DNA of 64,000 nt from a bacterium (GTDB taxonomy: Bacteria; Patescibacteriota; Minisyncoccia; UBA6257; GWB1-50-10), in contig JAKAIX010000002.1 of the NCBI GenBank assembly GCA_021814165.1, forward strand, positions 136,501 to 200,500, given 5' to 3'. The notes beneath the pieces are model-generated. The model was not told where the DNA came from and ran no database searches. It saw only the letters and a program-made list of their open reading frames with translations. Position numbers and translations under genes: made by a program. Every line of letters begins with the position of its first letter. Position 1 is the first letter of the stretch. This document shows, one piece after another, positions 48,794-58,342 of the stretch.

Positions 48794-50350
48794 GTGAAAG
48801 CTCTCGACTTCAAAAATAAAAAGGTGCTTATCATGGGTCTCGGGACGCTCGGCGGAGGAATCGCAAGCGCGAAGTGGTTCGTCTCGCAGGGCGCAAAAGT
48901 AACGGTGACCGACTTGCGTACAGAGAAGAGATTGAAAAATTCTCTTGAAAAGCTCGGGTATTTTAAGAATCGAGATCTTAAGGGGGGCACTATGACGCGT
49001 CATAGTGCGCATAAGGAAGTTGTAGAATTTGTGTTGGGGAGGCATAGGGTTCAAGATTTTAAAAATAACGATATTATCGTCGTGAACCCCGCCGTACCGC
49101 GGGAGAGTAAGTATCTCGCAATAGCGAGAGAAGAGGGGAAAGTTATTGTGAACGACGCGAGAGTATTTTTCGATTCGGCACGGAATCCGATTATTTCCGT
49201 AACCGGTACAAGGGGAAAAACCACTACTACAAACTGGATTGCGCATTTCCTGAAATCGAAGTATCCGGATACGATCGCGGGAGGCAACTCGTCGAAGGAA
49301 GCCCTCCTCTCTCTTGTCGAAAAACTGAAAAACAAAAGAGCGCCCGTCGTAGTTGAGCTTTCCTCATGGCAGCTTGAACTTTTAGATAAATCGTCTCGTG
49401 GCCCCGATGTGGCGGTCATTACCAATATCTACCCCGACCATCTGAATCGTTATAAGAACATTCGGGACTACGCCTCGGCGAAGGCAAATATTTTTTCAAA
49501 CCAGACGAGATCGCAAAAGCTCGTTCTGAATCTCGATAATCCGTGGACGAAGTTCTTTCTCTCGAAAAAACCAAAGGCGAGAGCGTACTTCTTTTCCCTG
49601 AAACCGCTTTCAAAAGGTAAGCAGGGGATATTTGTTTCGAACGATCGCGTGATCTTGAAAATCGGCAGGCAGGAAAAAATTGTCCTTGGAGAAAAAGAAT
49701 TTAAGATATTACGGACCAGGGGAGAACACAATGTGCAGAACTTCCTCGCGGCGTCGCTCGCGGCGTCGCTTATGGGGATTTCGAATGATGCGATACGAAA
49801 GAGAGCGAGAACGCTTCCCGAAATCCGGTACCGGGAGGAAATCGTGTTTAGGGAAAAAAAACTCCTCGTGGTAAACGATTCGGCAGGCACCTCTCCCGAT
49901 GCGGTAATCGCGGCGATCAGGCGTTTTAAAAACCGGGGAGATTTGATATTAATTACCGGCGGTACGGACAAGAATCTTGAATTCAGTCCGCTCGCGAGGG
50001 AAATAAAGAAGACGCTGAAACCCAAGCAGGTATTTTTTTTGAATGGCAGCGCAACAAAGAAACTGATTAAAGAATTGAGAGCGCTTCGATACTTCCCGAA
50101 AACTGGTCCAAGGATTTTCGAAAGCCTACCCGAAATCTTGAAGGGAATCAGGGATAGAGAATTAGGTATTAAAAAACGGGAATCAGGAATTAGCCTGCCT
50201 GCGCAGGCAGGGAATCAGGAATTAGGGACGCGATTTGTAATTCTTTTCAGCCCGGGGGCGGCGAGCTTTGAAAAGTTCAAAAACGAATTCGACAGAGGTG
50301 AGAAGTTTGATATATACTTGAAGAAACTTTTCGAGGTGGGTGGTGTTTAA
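48794..50350 (+). CDS. murD: UDP-N-acetylmuramoyl-L-alanine--D-glutamate ligase
   Basis: Motifs VTGTRGKTTT, VELSSWQL, PDHLNRY, NDSAGT, SPGAASF..F...RG. Confidence 0.95.
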   Translation: MKALDFKNKKVLIMGLGTLGGGIASAKWFVSQGAKVTVTDLRTEKRLKNSLEKLGYFKNRDLKGGTMTRHSAHKEVVEFVLGRHRVQDFKNNDIIVVNPAVPRESKYLAIAREEGKVIVNDARVFFDSARNPIISVTGTRGKTTTTNWIAHFLKSKYPDTIAGGNSSKEALLSLVEKLKNKRAPVVVELSSWQLELLDKSSRGPDVAVITNIYPDHLNRYKNIRDYASAKANIFSNQTRSQKLVLNLDNPWTKFFLSKKPKARAYFFSLKPLSKGKQGIFVSNDRVILKIGRQEKIVLGEKEFKILRTRGEHNVQNFLAASLAASLMGISNDAIRKRARTLPEIRYREEIVFREKKLLVVNDSAGTSPDAVIAAIRRFKNRGDLILITGGTDKNLEFSPLAREIKKTLKPKQVFFLNGSATKKLIKELRALRYFPKTGPRIFESLPEILKGIRDRELGIKKRESGISLPAQAGNQELGTRFVILFSPGAASFEKFKNEFDRGEKFDIYLKKLFEVGGV

Positions 50351-50498
50351 CAAATTAAAAAGTTTCTTAGGAAGACCCAGAAGGAGCACAAACCACGATT
50401 GGTGGAAAATGTTCTATTTGGGCATTATGAAATTCCCCTCGCTCTAATTGAGGAGTACAAAAACCCCGTTGGCAGTATTTGCAACGGGGTGAAGCTTT

Positions 50499-50978
50499 TT
50501 AGTCAGCTGTCTTTACTTTCAGTTTTTTCGTCTTCTGGCGGTTCAGGCGCGGCATCTTAATGGTGAGCACACCGTTTTTGAGCGTCGCTACCGATTCCTC
50601 CGGATCCACCTCATGGGGAAGAATAATGGACCGTGAGAACGTTCCCCAGAAAAGCTCTTGGTAGAAGTAATCCTTGTCCTCGATTTCTTTCCTCCGTTCC
50701 CGGGTCCCCTTGATTGTTACGGATTCGGTCGTAATGTTTACTTCGAGATCGTCGTCATCGACGCCCGCTACCGTCGATTCGACAACGACATAGTCGCCGT
50801 CCTGATATACGTCCACGGTGAGCGTGCCCTCCCCCTCATCGGCAGGATTGTCCTCCGCGAGATTCTTTTCGGTAACCTTAAGCGGCATGGGTTGGCTTTT
50901 TACCTTCGCAAGCTCGACGAAGATATCTTTTTTTTCTTCTTTTTCCATAGACATAAGAAAAGTATACCACTTTTTCAT
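50499..50978 (-). CDS. Hsp20/alpha-crystallin small heat-shock protein
   Basis: Motifs VDVYQ, E..WGTFSRSIILP, LKNGVLTI. Confidence 0.92.
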   Translation of the reverse strand: MKKWYTFLMSMEKEEKKDIFVELAKVKSQPMPLKVTEKNLAEDNPADEGEGTLTVDVYQDGDYVVVESTVAGVDDDDLEVNITTESVTIKGTRERRKEIEDKDYFYQELFWGTFSRSIILPHEVDPEESVATLKNGVLTIKMPRLNRQKTKKLKVKTAD

Positions 50979-51031
50979 TTATCGCTCTACCGCGGATATT
51001 TCCCGATAGCGAGCTTTTCGGGAAATCGCCG

Positions 51032-51730
51032 TTAGGTTTTCTTCAGTTTCTCGAAGTCGGTAAGAATAATAATCGCCGCTATCATAAGGAAGAATGTGGG
51101 ATAAAAGACGTGAGAATTCTGGAACTGATATACAAGAAGATTAAAAACCGCATGGATTGTCGTTGCGAGAAGTATACCGATGCCGATCCGGTGTTCCATG
51201 TGCTCAAAGTGTCCCAGAGCCCAGTAATATCCCAAGGCACCTGAAGCAATCGCGTGGAGAAGCGTCGCGCCGATGAAACGAAGTCCAAGCGTGCTCACCG
51301 CGGTGAAAATTCCGGCAAAACTTGCGAGAGGAAGATTGCTCCAGGTGATGAAAAAATTCTCCACCGTCGCGAACCCGAGCGCCGCGACGATCATGTATAT
51401 CATCGCGTCGACCGGCTCGTTAAACGCCTTATTGTGCCCCACCGCGAGGTGCGCGGCCGTGAATTTGAATATCTCCTCGATAAACGCAAGTCCTATTACG
51501 GTAAACAGCAGATTATTAATCGAGGGGGAAAGAACATTTTGAAAAAGAAGCTGAAGCGAGAGTACCGGTATGCTGATAAGGGCGCCCGCAAAAAACGTCT
51601 TTACGACGAGCGTCTTCGGTTCCGGGTGGTCGTCCTCTTTCAGGAAGAAAATGAGCCACACGATTGCGGGAATCGCGGAAAGGATAAATATGACGAGAAA
51701 GTGAAGAAAGGAATCCATGTAGCTCTTCAC
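51032..51730 (-). CDS. PrsW family intramembrane metalloprotease
   Basis: Motifs HPEP, IEEIFK, ALGFATVEN, HA..S, HAVFN. Confidence 0.92.
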   Translation of the reverse strand: MKSYMDSFLHFLVIFILSAIPAIVWLIFFLKEDDHPEPKTLVVKTFFAGALISIPVLSLQLLFQNVLSPSINNLLFTVIGLAFIEEIFKFTAAHLAVGHNKAFNEPVDAMIYMIVAALGFATVENFFITWSNLPLASFAGIFTAVSTLGLRFIGATLLHAIASGALGYYWALGHFEHMEHRIGIGILLATTIHAVFNLLVYQFQNSHVFYPTFFLMIAAIIILTDFEKLKKT

Positions 51731-51753
51731 TCATTATACACCAGGGAAGACCC

Positions 51754-54000
51754 CTACCACTTCTCGATCATAAGGAGTGATGACGTGTCGGGGAATTCCC
51801 GATAGATTGTTTCGGTGATGAAAGGAAGAAAGGGATGAAGCAGCTTCAATGATTCTCTGAGCGTATAAAAAAGGATCGCCTGCGTATTTTTCTTGAGTTT
51901 TTCGTCTTCCATCTGTTTTTTGGATATCTCGAGATACCGATCGCAGAACTCGTGCCAGAAGAAGTCATAGAGTTCATGGAGCGCTCTTGAAAACTGGAAC
52001 GACTCGATGTATTTCCCCGTGTTCTTTTTCGTTTTTTCGAGCGCTTTCAATATCTTTGTGTCCGCCTTTGTTTTTGCGGTTGGTTTCTTGTTCAAATTCG
52101 CGGACTTCAGATCTTTCGTTTGTTCCAGAACAAACCGGCTCGCGTTCCAGATTTTGTTGGTAAACTTTCTTCCTGCAATGACAGCCGCCTCGTCCCATCG
52201 GATGTCCTGTCCCGATGCCTGCCAGATGACGGCAAACCTTGTTGCGTCCGCGCCGTATTCGTCAACATACTTCAGGGGATCGATCCCCGTTCCGAGCGAT
52301 TTTGACATCCGTTTCCCGTCCTTTGTAAGCACCGTTCCGTGAATAAGCACGTTCCGGAAGGGGATATTTCCCATAAACTCGAGTCCGGAGAAAATCATGC
52401 GCGTATCCCAGAGATTCAGGATTTCGCGCGCATTCGAGACGAGATTTCCGGGATAGTATTTCTTCCGATCCTCTTTCGAAAGTCCCGCGAAAGGCCAGAG
52501 CGCAGATGAAAACCAGGTATCCAGAACGTCAGGCGATTGCTCCATGTCACATTTTTTACAGAACGGACACGTCTTCGGCTTTTCTTTTGCCACAACAAAT
52601 CCTCCCGTGTTTTGAGTTTCGTTTTCAGAATTTCGCGTTTGTTTATCATTTGGAATTTGGAATTTGGAATTTGCTTCCTGTTTATTTTTACAAAAATAAA
52701 CAGGAAGCTGGTGCCCCCACCAAATCTGTCTCGAAATCGTCCAGTCCTTGATATTCGAAAGCCACGAGCCATATGTTTTTTCGAAATTTTTCGGTTGAAT
52801 AATCACCTTTTTCTTCTTCACAACATCCAGCGCCTCTTTCGCGAGTCGCTCCATCTTCAAAAACCACTGTGTCGAGGGGATCGGTTCGATCGCGTGTCCG
52901 CAACGGTAGCACACCGCAAGGTTGTGCCCATATGACTCTTCTTTTTCGAGAAGCCCGACCGTCTTCAGATCTTCCACAATCTTCTTTCGTGCATCCTCCG
53001 TTTTCATCCCCGCATACTTTCCAGCCTTCTCGTTCATTCTTCCGCGTTCGTCGATCACCTGCACGAGCGGCAGGTCGTGCCGATTGCCGATCTCGAAGTC
53101 GGTCAGGTCGTGCGCGGGGGTAACCTTTACCGCGCCCGTACCGAATTCCCTGTCAACGGCTTCATCGGCGACCACGGCAATCTTATTTTTCTTTTTTACG
53201 GGCGTGTCGAGCGAACCGTCCACCGAGAGCGACTCGATTTCGAGTTCTTTCCCGACATACTGTTTATACTTGGGGTCGCGCGGGTGAACCGCAATTCCCG
53301 TATCGCCGAACTTCGTCTCGGGACGAGTCGTCGCAAGCGTGAAAGGGCCGTATTTGATGTAGTAGAGCGTCGTCTGTTCCTCCTTATACTCAAGTTCGAG
53401 ATCCGACAAACTTGTCTGGCATCGCGGACACCAGTTTACGGTGCGGAGACCGCGGTAGAGCATACCCTTCTCGTAGTAGTGAATAAACGCGTCGATAACA
53501 TCCGCGGCATAAGCATCGTCCATCGTGAAGCGCGCGCGCGACCAGTCGGCCGAGAGCCCGAGTTTTTTAAGTTGTTCCAGGATCTTCCCGCCGTACTCCT
53601 TCTTCCATTCCCATACGCGCTCGATGAACTTCTCCCGTCCCAGATCGAAACGCGTTTTACCTTCTTTCTTCAACTGTTTTTCGACGACATACTGTGTCGC
53701 AATGCCCGCATGGTCCGTACCGGGAAACCAGAGCGTTCGTACTCCTTTCATTCGGTAATACCGAATGAGAATATCAGGAGTCGTGTTATCCAAGGCATGT
53801 CCCATATGAAGCGTTCCCGTGACGTTCGGGAGGGGCATGTACACAACATAATTTTCAATTTTCAATTTCCGATTTCCAATTTTGCGAATAGGAAGATTGT
53901 CCGGATTGAAATAGCCGGATTTTTCCCATAGGTCATAGATTTCCGATTCGGTTTGTTTTGGATCGTAGGGTTTCGAAAAATCAGCGCCCATAGCCCACAT
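51754..54000 (-). CDS. valS: Valine--tRNA ligase (lacks the C-terminal coiled coil)
   Basis: Motifs PNVTGTLHMGH, GTGAVKVTPAHD, DVLDTWFSS, RMSKS. Confidence 0.97.
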   Translation of the reverse strand: MWAMGADFSKPYDPKQTESEIYDLWEKSGYFNPDNLPIRKIGNRKLKIENYVVYMPLPNVTGTLHMGHALDNTTPDILIRYYRMKGVRTLWFPGTDHAGIATQYVVEKQLKKEGKTRFDLGREKFIERVWEWKKEYGGKILEQLKKLGLSADWSRARFTMDDAYAADVIDAFIHYYEKGMLYRGLRTVNWCPRCQTSLSDLELEYKEEQTTLYYIKYGPFTLATTRPETKFGDTGIAVHPRDPKYKQYVGKELEIESLSVDGSLDTPVKKKNKIAVVADEAVDREFGTGAVKVTPAHDLTDFEIGNRHDLPLVQVIDERGRMNEKAGKYAGMKTEDARKKIVEDLKTVGLLEKEESYGHNLAVCYRCGHAIEPIPSTQWFLKMERLAKEALDVVKKKKVIIQPKNFEKTYGSWLSNIKDWTISRQIWWGHQLPVYFCKNKQEANSKFQIPNDKQTRNSENETQNTGGFVVAKEKPKTCPFCKKCDMEQSPDVLDTWFSSALWPFAGLSKEDRKKYYPGNLVSNAREILNLWDTRMIFSGLEFMGNIPFRNVLIHGTVLTKDGKRMSKSLGTGIDPLKYVDEYGADATRFAVIWQASGQDIRWDEAAVIAGRKFTNKIWNASRFVLEQTKDLKSANLNKKPTAKTKADTKILKALEKTKKNTGKYIESFQFSRALHELYDFFWHEFCDRYLEISKKQMEDEKLKKNTQAILFYTLRESLKLLHPFLPFITETIYREFPDTSSLLMIEKW

Positions 54001-54043
54001 TATGACGTATTTTCTTCACAAAAGGAAGTAATTTGTTGAGAAA

Positions 54044-55177
54044 CTATAAGTTTAAATTCGCTTGCGCGGTGATCCTTTTATTCTTTTTTCGAAGATAGGA
54101 GATATATCCCGCGACGCCGATCATAACGCCGTTGTCCGTATTGAAGTCCATTGGAGGCGCGATAAAACCAATCCTCATTTTTTTACTCGTAGCTTCCAAC
54201 TTCTCGCGGAGCGAGGCGTTCGCCGCGACGCCGCCGGAAAGAAAGATCGATCTTGCTTCATATTCTTTTGCCGCACGCGTCGCCTTCGTGACGAGCACAT
54301 CGAGCGCCGCTTCTTGAAATGAAGCAGCGACATCCGCTTTCAATTTCCTGGAGGCTGAGCCTCCTACTCGCGGAGGCTCAGCCTCCTTTCTATCTCGCAG
54401 GTAATAAAGTACAGATGTTTTGAGGCCGGAGTAGCTGAAATCATAACTCTTGTCATGAATCATCGGTCGCGGAAATTCAATCGCATGAGAATTTCCTTGT
54501 TTCGCGAGTTTCTGAATTTCCGGACCGCCGGGATAGGGAAGGTCGAGCATTTTTGCGACCTTATCGAACGCCTCGCCGACCGCGTCGTCTCTTGTTTCCC
54601 CGAGTTTCTTCCACTTCGTGAGTGAATCCATCTTTAGAAGTATAGTGTGCCCCCCGCTTACGATAAGCGCAATTGCTGGAAAAAGTTTTCGTTTTGAAAA
54701 TTGAAAATTGTCCTCCGAAGGAGGATCCGCCTCCGGTGGAAAAATTGAAAATTCAGCTTTTTGCTTCAGTAAAAAGCTGTAGAGATGTCCCTCCAGATGG
54801 TTGACGCCGATAAGTTTGAGTTTCGAGTTTTTCTTCTTTAGATTTTTGTACAGCTCTTTTGCAAAATTGACGCCCGTCCAGAGTGCCGGTTCAAGGCCGG
54901 GACCGACAGTGACGGCGATCGCGTCCAATGCGAGGAGGCCCGGCTTCTTACCGGAGGCCGGGCCTCCAACTAATTCCTCAAGTACGACCGGAAGATTCTT
55001 CAGGTGTTCCCGTTTTGCGAGATTCGGTACCACGCCACCCCACGGACGGTGTACTTCAATTTGAGATGAGATTACGTTCCCCAGAATCTTGAATTGCGGC
55101 GCACTAAGCCCCCCCGTCGCTTCGAGTAATGCGAGAGCTGTTTCGTCACAACTGGTCTCTATGGCTAAGATTCTCAT
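54044..55177 (-). CDS. tsaD: tRNA threonylcarbamoyltransferase TsaD carrying three in-frame repeat insertions
   Basis: Motifs IETSCDET, HLEGH, SGGHT, DDAVGEAFDK, SYSGLKT, TDNG.MI. Confidence 0.97.
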   Translation of the reverse strand: MRILAIETSCDETALALLEATGGLSAPQFKILGNVISSQIEVHRPWGGVVPNLAKREHLKNLPVVLEELVGGPASGKKPGLLALDAIAVTVGPGLEPALWTGVNFAKELYKNLKKKNSKLKLIGVNHLEGHLYSFLLKQKAEFSIFPPEADPPSEDNFQFSKRKLFPAIALIVSGGHTILLKMDSLTKWKKLGETRDDAVGEAFDKVAKMLDLPYPGGPEIQKLAKQGNSHAIEFPRPMIHDKSYDFSYSGLKTSVLYYLRDRKEAEPPRVGGSASRKLKADVAASFQEAALDVLVTKATRAAKEYEARSIFLSGGVAANASLREKLEATSKKMRIGFIAPPMDFNTDNGVMIGVAGYISYLRKKNKRITAQANLNL

Positions 55178-57854
55178 TTTTCACATTGTTAATCGAAGAG
55201 GGGAAAGAGTCAAAAGCAGGGATGTCATGCCGTGTCAAAACGTTGCCGTCTTTTTCTTTCCTTGCAGAGAAAAAATCGAGGAGCGAGACCGTAATAACGC
55301 AGAAACTCGGGAAAGAGAGGATGAGTAATATAATCACCCACATAACCGCGTCCCTATGCAGAAAGCCGTAAGAATAAAGAAGAACAATCACACTCGCGGA
55401 GAACCACAGCGCCAAGAAAACATGGATCCACATCCTTTTTAGAAGTGAAATAAAGGTCGTGAGAGCCGTACCATTTCCTTCCTGGGCGATTCGCGTGCGC
55501 AAGAACGGTTTTTTGGGAAATAGGAATCCTTCCCAGATTGCGAGAGAAATAGTCGGCGTAAGCGCCGCCCCGGAGACCATCGCTGCAATTATCTGGAAAA
55601 TGTTTTTTGTGACCCGTTCCCTGTATACAAGGAAAATGGAGAGAAGGAGGAACAGAAAATAGAATATCGAGGGGTAAAGGAATTGCGACGGCGGAAAGAA
55701 TCTTTGATCAAAAATAACAAGAGCGCTTCCCAACATTCCGAGGAAAATAAAGAGCGGATAGAGCGCTTGTGCGAACCACACCGCCCATTCGCCGACAAAA
55801 TAGAAAGTCTGCGTCGGCGTGAACGCGGAATTGATCCCGAAAAGTTTTTTGAAATGCCGCAGCACGATGCGCACCGCTCCGTACACCCACCTGAATCGTT
55901 GCCTCCGGTATGCGGAAAAAGTATGTGCGGGATCTCCCACTCCCAGCGTCTTGTGCACGTAATACATGGAGTATCCCTCGGCGAGAATGCGAACGCCCAG
56001 TTCCGCATCCTCGGTGATGGATTGTTCGCTCCATCCTCCCATTTTTTCCAGTATGTTTCTTCGTATAAGCGTCATTGTCCCATGCTGTATGATCGCGTTC
56101 CTCTCATTGCGCTGCACCATCCCGATCTCGAAAAAACCGGCGTATTCGTGGTGTATAAATCGTTTAAAGAGATTTGAATCCTGCGTCCTGTGAACCTGCG
56201 GCGCCTGGACCACGGCGATATGCGGATCGGAGAAATATCCCGCGGTTTCCGTAAGCCAACTCGGAAATACTTCGTAATCCGCATCCACAACCCCGATGAT
56301 TTCCGCATCCGGGGCGGTCTGTGACAACCCGAAGTTGAGCGCGCCCGCCTTGAATCCCGGGCACGAATCAAGATGAAAAAACCGCACGATACCGGGATAC
56401 CGCTCTGAAAATTCAAAAACCGGCTTCCATAAACGTTCGTCGCTCGTGTTGTTGTCGATGACAATTATCTCCTTATTGGGATAATCAAGCGAGAGCAGGC
56501 TTCGAATCGCGCGGATGACGATACGGGGATCCTCGTCTCTCGCGGGAACATGAATGGAAACCTTCGGCGTGTTTTCTCGCGGAGGAAGGGGGATTACGTT
56601 TGTTAATCTCCTTTTTCCTATAACCTCAACAACTTCCACGGTTTGGATGAGCGTGAGAAAAAGAAGAAAAAACTGCGTGGGAAGCACGAAAAGCCACAAA
56701 AATGGCCTTCGCACCATGTACTCGCTTATCGCCGTTTGGCTTATAATGCTCGCGATGAGGGAAGATGCGGCGATGATCGAGATGCCGAAGAGAAGTCCCG
56801 CGGCGGAAAGATCGCGGAAAAGGTAAAGGAATATCGCGCCCAATAGTATGATGACGGCGGTCGTGCCCATGGCCCAATACTCCCAATTCCGGTCGTTCGT
56901 GACGGATCCGGTCAGCGAAAACTTTATCTTTTTCCCGGAATCGAACAGCCCCCAGTGAGCTCCCACTCTCCCTTCGTCGTACATCTTCCACGGTTGGTCA
57001 AAGGCCTCGAAAACATTGTATTGGATGCCCTCGCTCTTTGCTTGGGACGAGAACGCTCTTATGAAATAAGCCTGACCTACCAGGCTCGGAATTGATTCCC
57101 CGCGCTGTGCGCCGAGAGAGGGCCACCCGGTTTCTGTCACGAACACCATTTTCCCTCCGGCGATCTTCTGCGCTTCTTTATATTCTTCGACTGTCCACTT
57201 CACCGAATCTTCTATCGGAACGGAGGCCCAGTAAGGGAGCGCGTGGAGTCCCACCACGTCCACCGCCCCGAGGAGATCCTGATTATTGCGCCATTCGGCG
57301 AGCCGCTCCGACGCTCCCACCGGTATTGCCACCTGTTGCCTTACGCGTTCGATGTAGTCGATCAGTTTCTGTTTGGAAATTCTGTTAAATTGCAGAACCT
57401 CGTTTCCCACGAACGCCATCGTTATATTCCTGTTTTTCGCTATCGTCTGGATGAGCGTATCCACTTCTCTTTTATCCTCGTTTTCGTCTTTCCCTTCAAT
57501 CCACGCGCCTCCTATCACCGTCATGTTGAATTCCTTCGCAATCTGCGGCACCAGCTCCATCCCGTGAGTCGCGTGATATATCCGCACGCAGGGGGAAATT
57601 TGTGAAATAAGACGGAGATCGCTTCTAATCTGCTCCTCCGTAACGGCGAAGTTCTTTTTCGTAATGTCCCCCTCGAAGATATACCGGGGATCGTAGCTTA
57701 TACATTGGAATTTCGTCGCCGAAGCGACTATGCTCTTTTCCAAAAATAAAAATCTCCACACCAGCACCATCGCCGCGGAGAGTACTACGAGAAATAGAAT
57801 CCCTATGATTATGCCGCTCTTCCGTCCCGCGACGCGATGAACCATATCACCCAT
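55146..57854 (-). CDS. NdvB-like beta-1,3-glucan synthase (GH17 transglycosylase plus GT2)
   Basis: GH17 motifs VGNE, HALPYW, ETGWPS, EAFDQPWK; GT2 motifs GFKAGALN, DAD, TED, QRFRW. Confidence 0.88.
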   Translation of the reverse strand: MGDMVHRVAGRKSGIIIGILFLVVLSAAMVLVWRFLFLEKSIVASATKFQCISYDPRYIFEGDITKKNFAVTEEQIRSDLRLISQISPCVRIYHATHGMELVPQIAKEFNMTVIGGAWIEGKDENEDKREVDTLIQTIAKNRNITMAFVGNEVLQFNRISKQKLIDYIERVRQQVAIPVGASERLAEWRNNQDLLGAVDVVGLHALPYWASVPIEDSVKWTVEEYKEAQKIAGGKMVFVTETGWPSLGAQRGESIPSLVGQAYFIRAFSSQAKSEGIQYNVFEAFDQPWKMYDEGRVGAHWGLFDSGKKIKFSLTGSVTNDRNWEYWAMGTTAVIILLGAIFLYLFRDLSAAGLLFGISIIAASSLIASIISQTAISEYMVRRPFLWLFVLPTQFFLLFLTLIQTVEVVEVIGKRRLTNVIPLPPRENTPKVSIHVPARDEDPRIVIRAIRSLLSLDYPNKEIIVIDNNTSDERLWKPVFEFSERYPGIVRFFHLDSCPGFKAGALNFGLSQTAPDAEIIGVVDADYEVFPSWLTETAGYFSDPHIAVVQAPQVHRTQDSNLFKRFIHHEYAGFFEIGMVQRNERNAIIQHGTMTLIRRNILEKMGGWSEQSITEDAELGVRILAEGYSMYYVHKTLGVGDPAHTFSAYRRQRFRWVYGAVRIVLRHFKKLFGINSAFTPTQTFYFVGEWAVWFAQALYPLFIFLGMLGSALVIFDQRFFPPSQFLYPSIFYFLFLLLSIFLVYRERVTKNIFQIIAAMVSGAALTPTISLAIWEGFLFPKKPFLRTRIAQEGNGTALTTFISLLKRMWIHVFLALWFSASVIVLLYSYGFLHRDAVMWVIILLILSFPSFCVITVSLLDFFSARKEKDGNVLTRHDIPAFDSFPSSINNVKNENLSHRDQL

Positions 57855-57920
57855 AACATATCACATAACCGTTGGCATATGAAATTGCCGTATCCATGCC
57901 TGATGCTCTATACTCTTACT

Positions 57921-58325
57921 ATGATTCAATTCTTATATGTGTTCAGTGATTGGGGGCTTCTCGCATTACGTCTCGTGCTCGGTCTTATCTTTCTCGTGCA
58001 CGGATGGAGGAAGGTCAAAAACCTAAGCGGCGCCGTCTCGTCGTTTGAAGCAATGGGATTCAAGCCTGCGAAATTTTGGGGTCCGTTTGTAGCATTCCTT
58101 GAATTTGTAGGAGGCATTGCGCTTATCGTCGGAATTGTCACACAGGTGTTCGCGGCGCTCTTTTTCGTCCAGTTCGTTGTCGCAATCCTCAAGGTAACCG
58201 GAAAGAAAGGATTTGCGGGAGGATACGAATTTGATCTCCTTATCCTCGCCGCGCTCCTAGCGCTTGTGGTGCTCGGCAGCGGATCTTTCTCCGCCGACTC
58301 AATGCTTGGACTCCTCCTCTATTAG
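57921..58325 (+). CDS. DoxX family membrane protein
   Basis: Motifs LRLVLGLIFLVHG, EFVGG, GYEF, GSGSFSAD. Confidence 0.9.
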   Translation: MIQFLYVFSDWGLLALRLVLGLIFLVHGWRKVKNLSGAVSSFEAMGFKPAKFWGPFVAFLEFVGGIALIVGIVTQVFAALFFVQFVVAILKVTGKKGFAGGYEFDLLILAALLALVVLGSGSFSADSMLGLLLY

Positions 58326-58342
58326 AAAGAGCATCTTCTTGT

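Noticed and set aside
50351-50498. Weak hairpins between murD and hsp20 as a possible sRNA
   Set aside because: The pairings are short and imperfect; only the terminator-like stem at about 50462-50490 is convincing.
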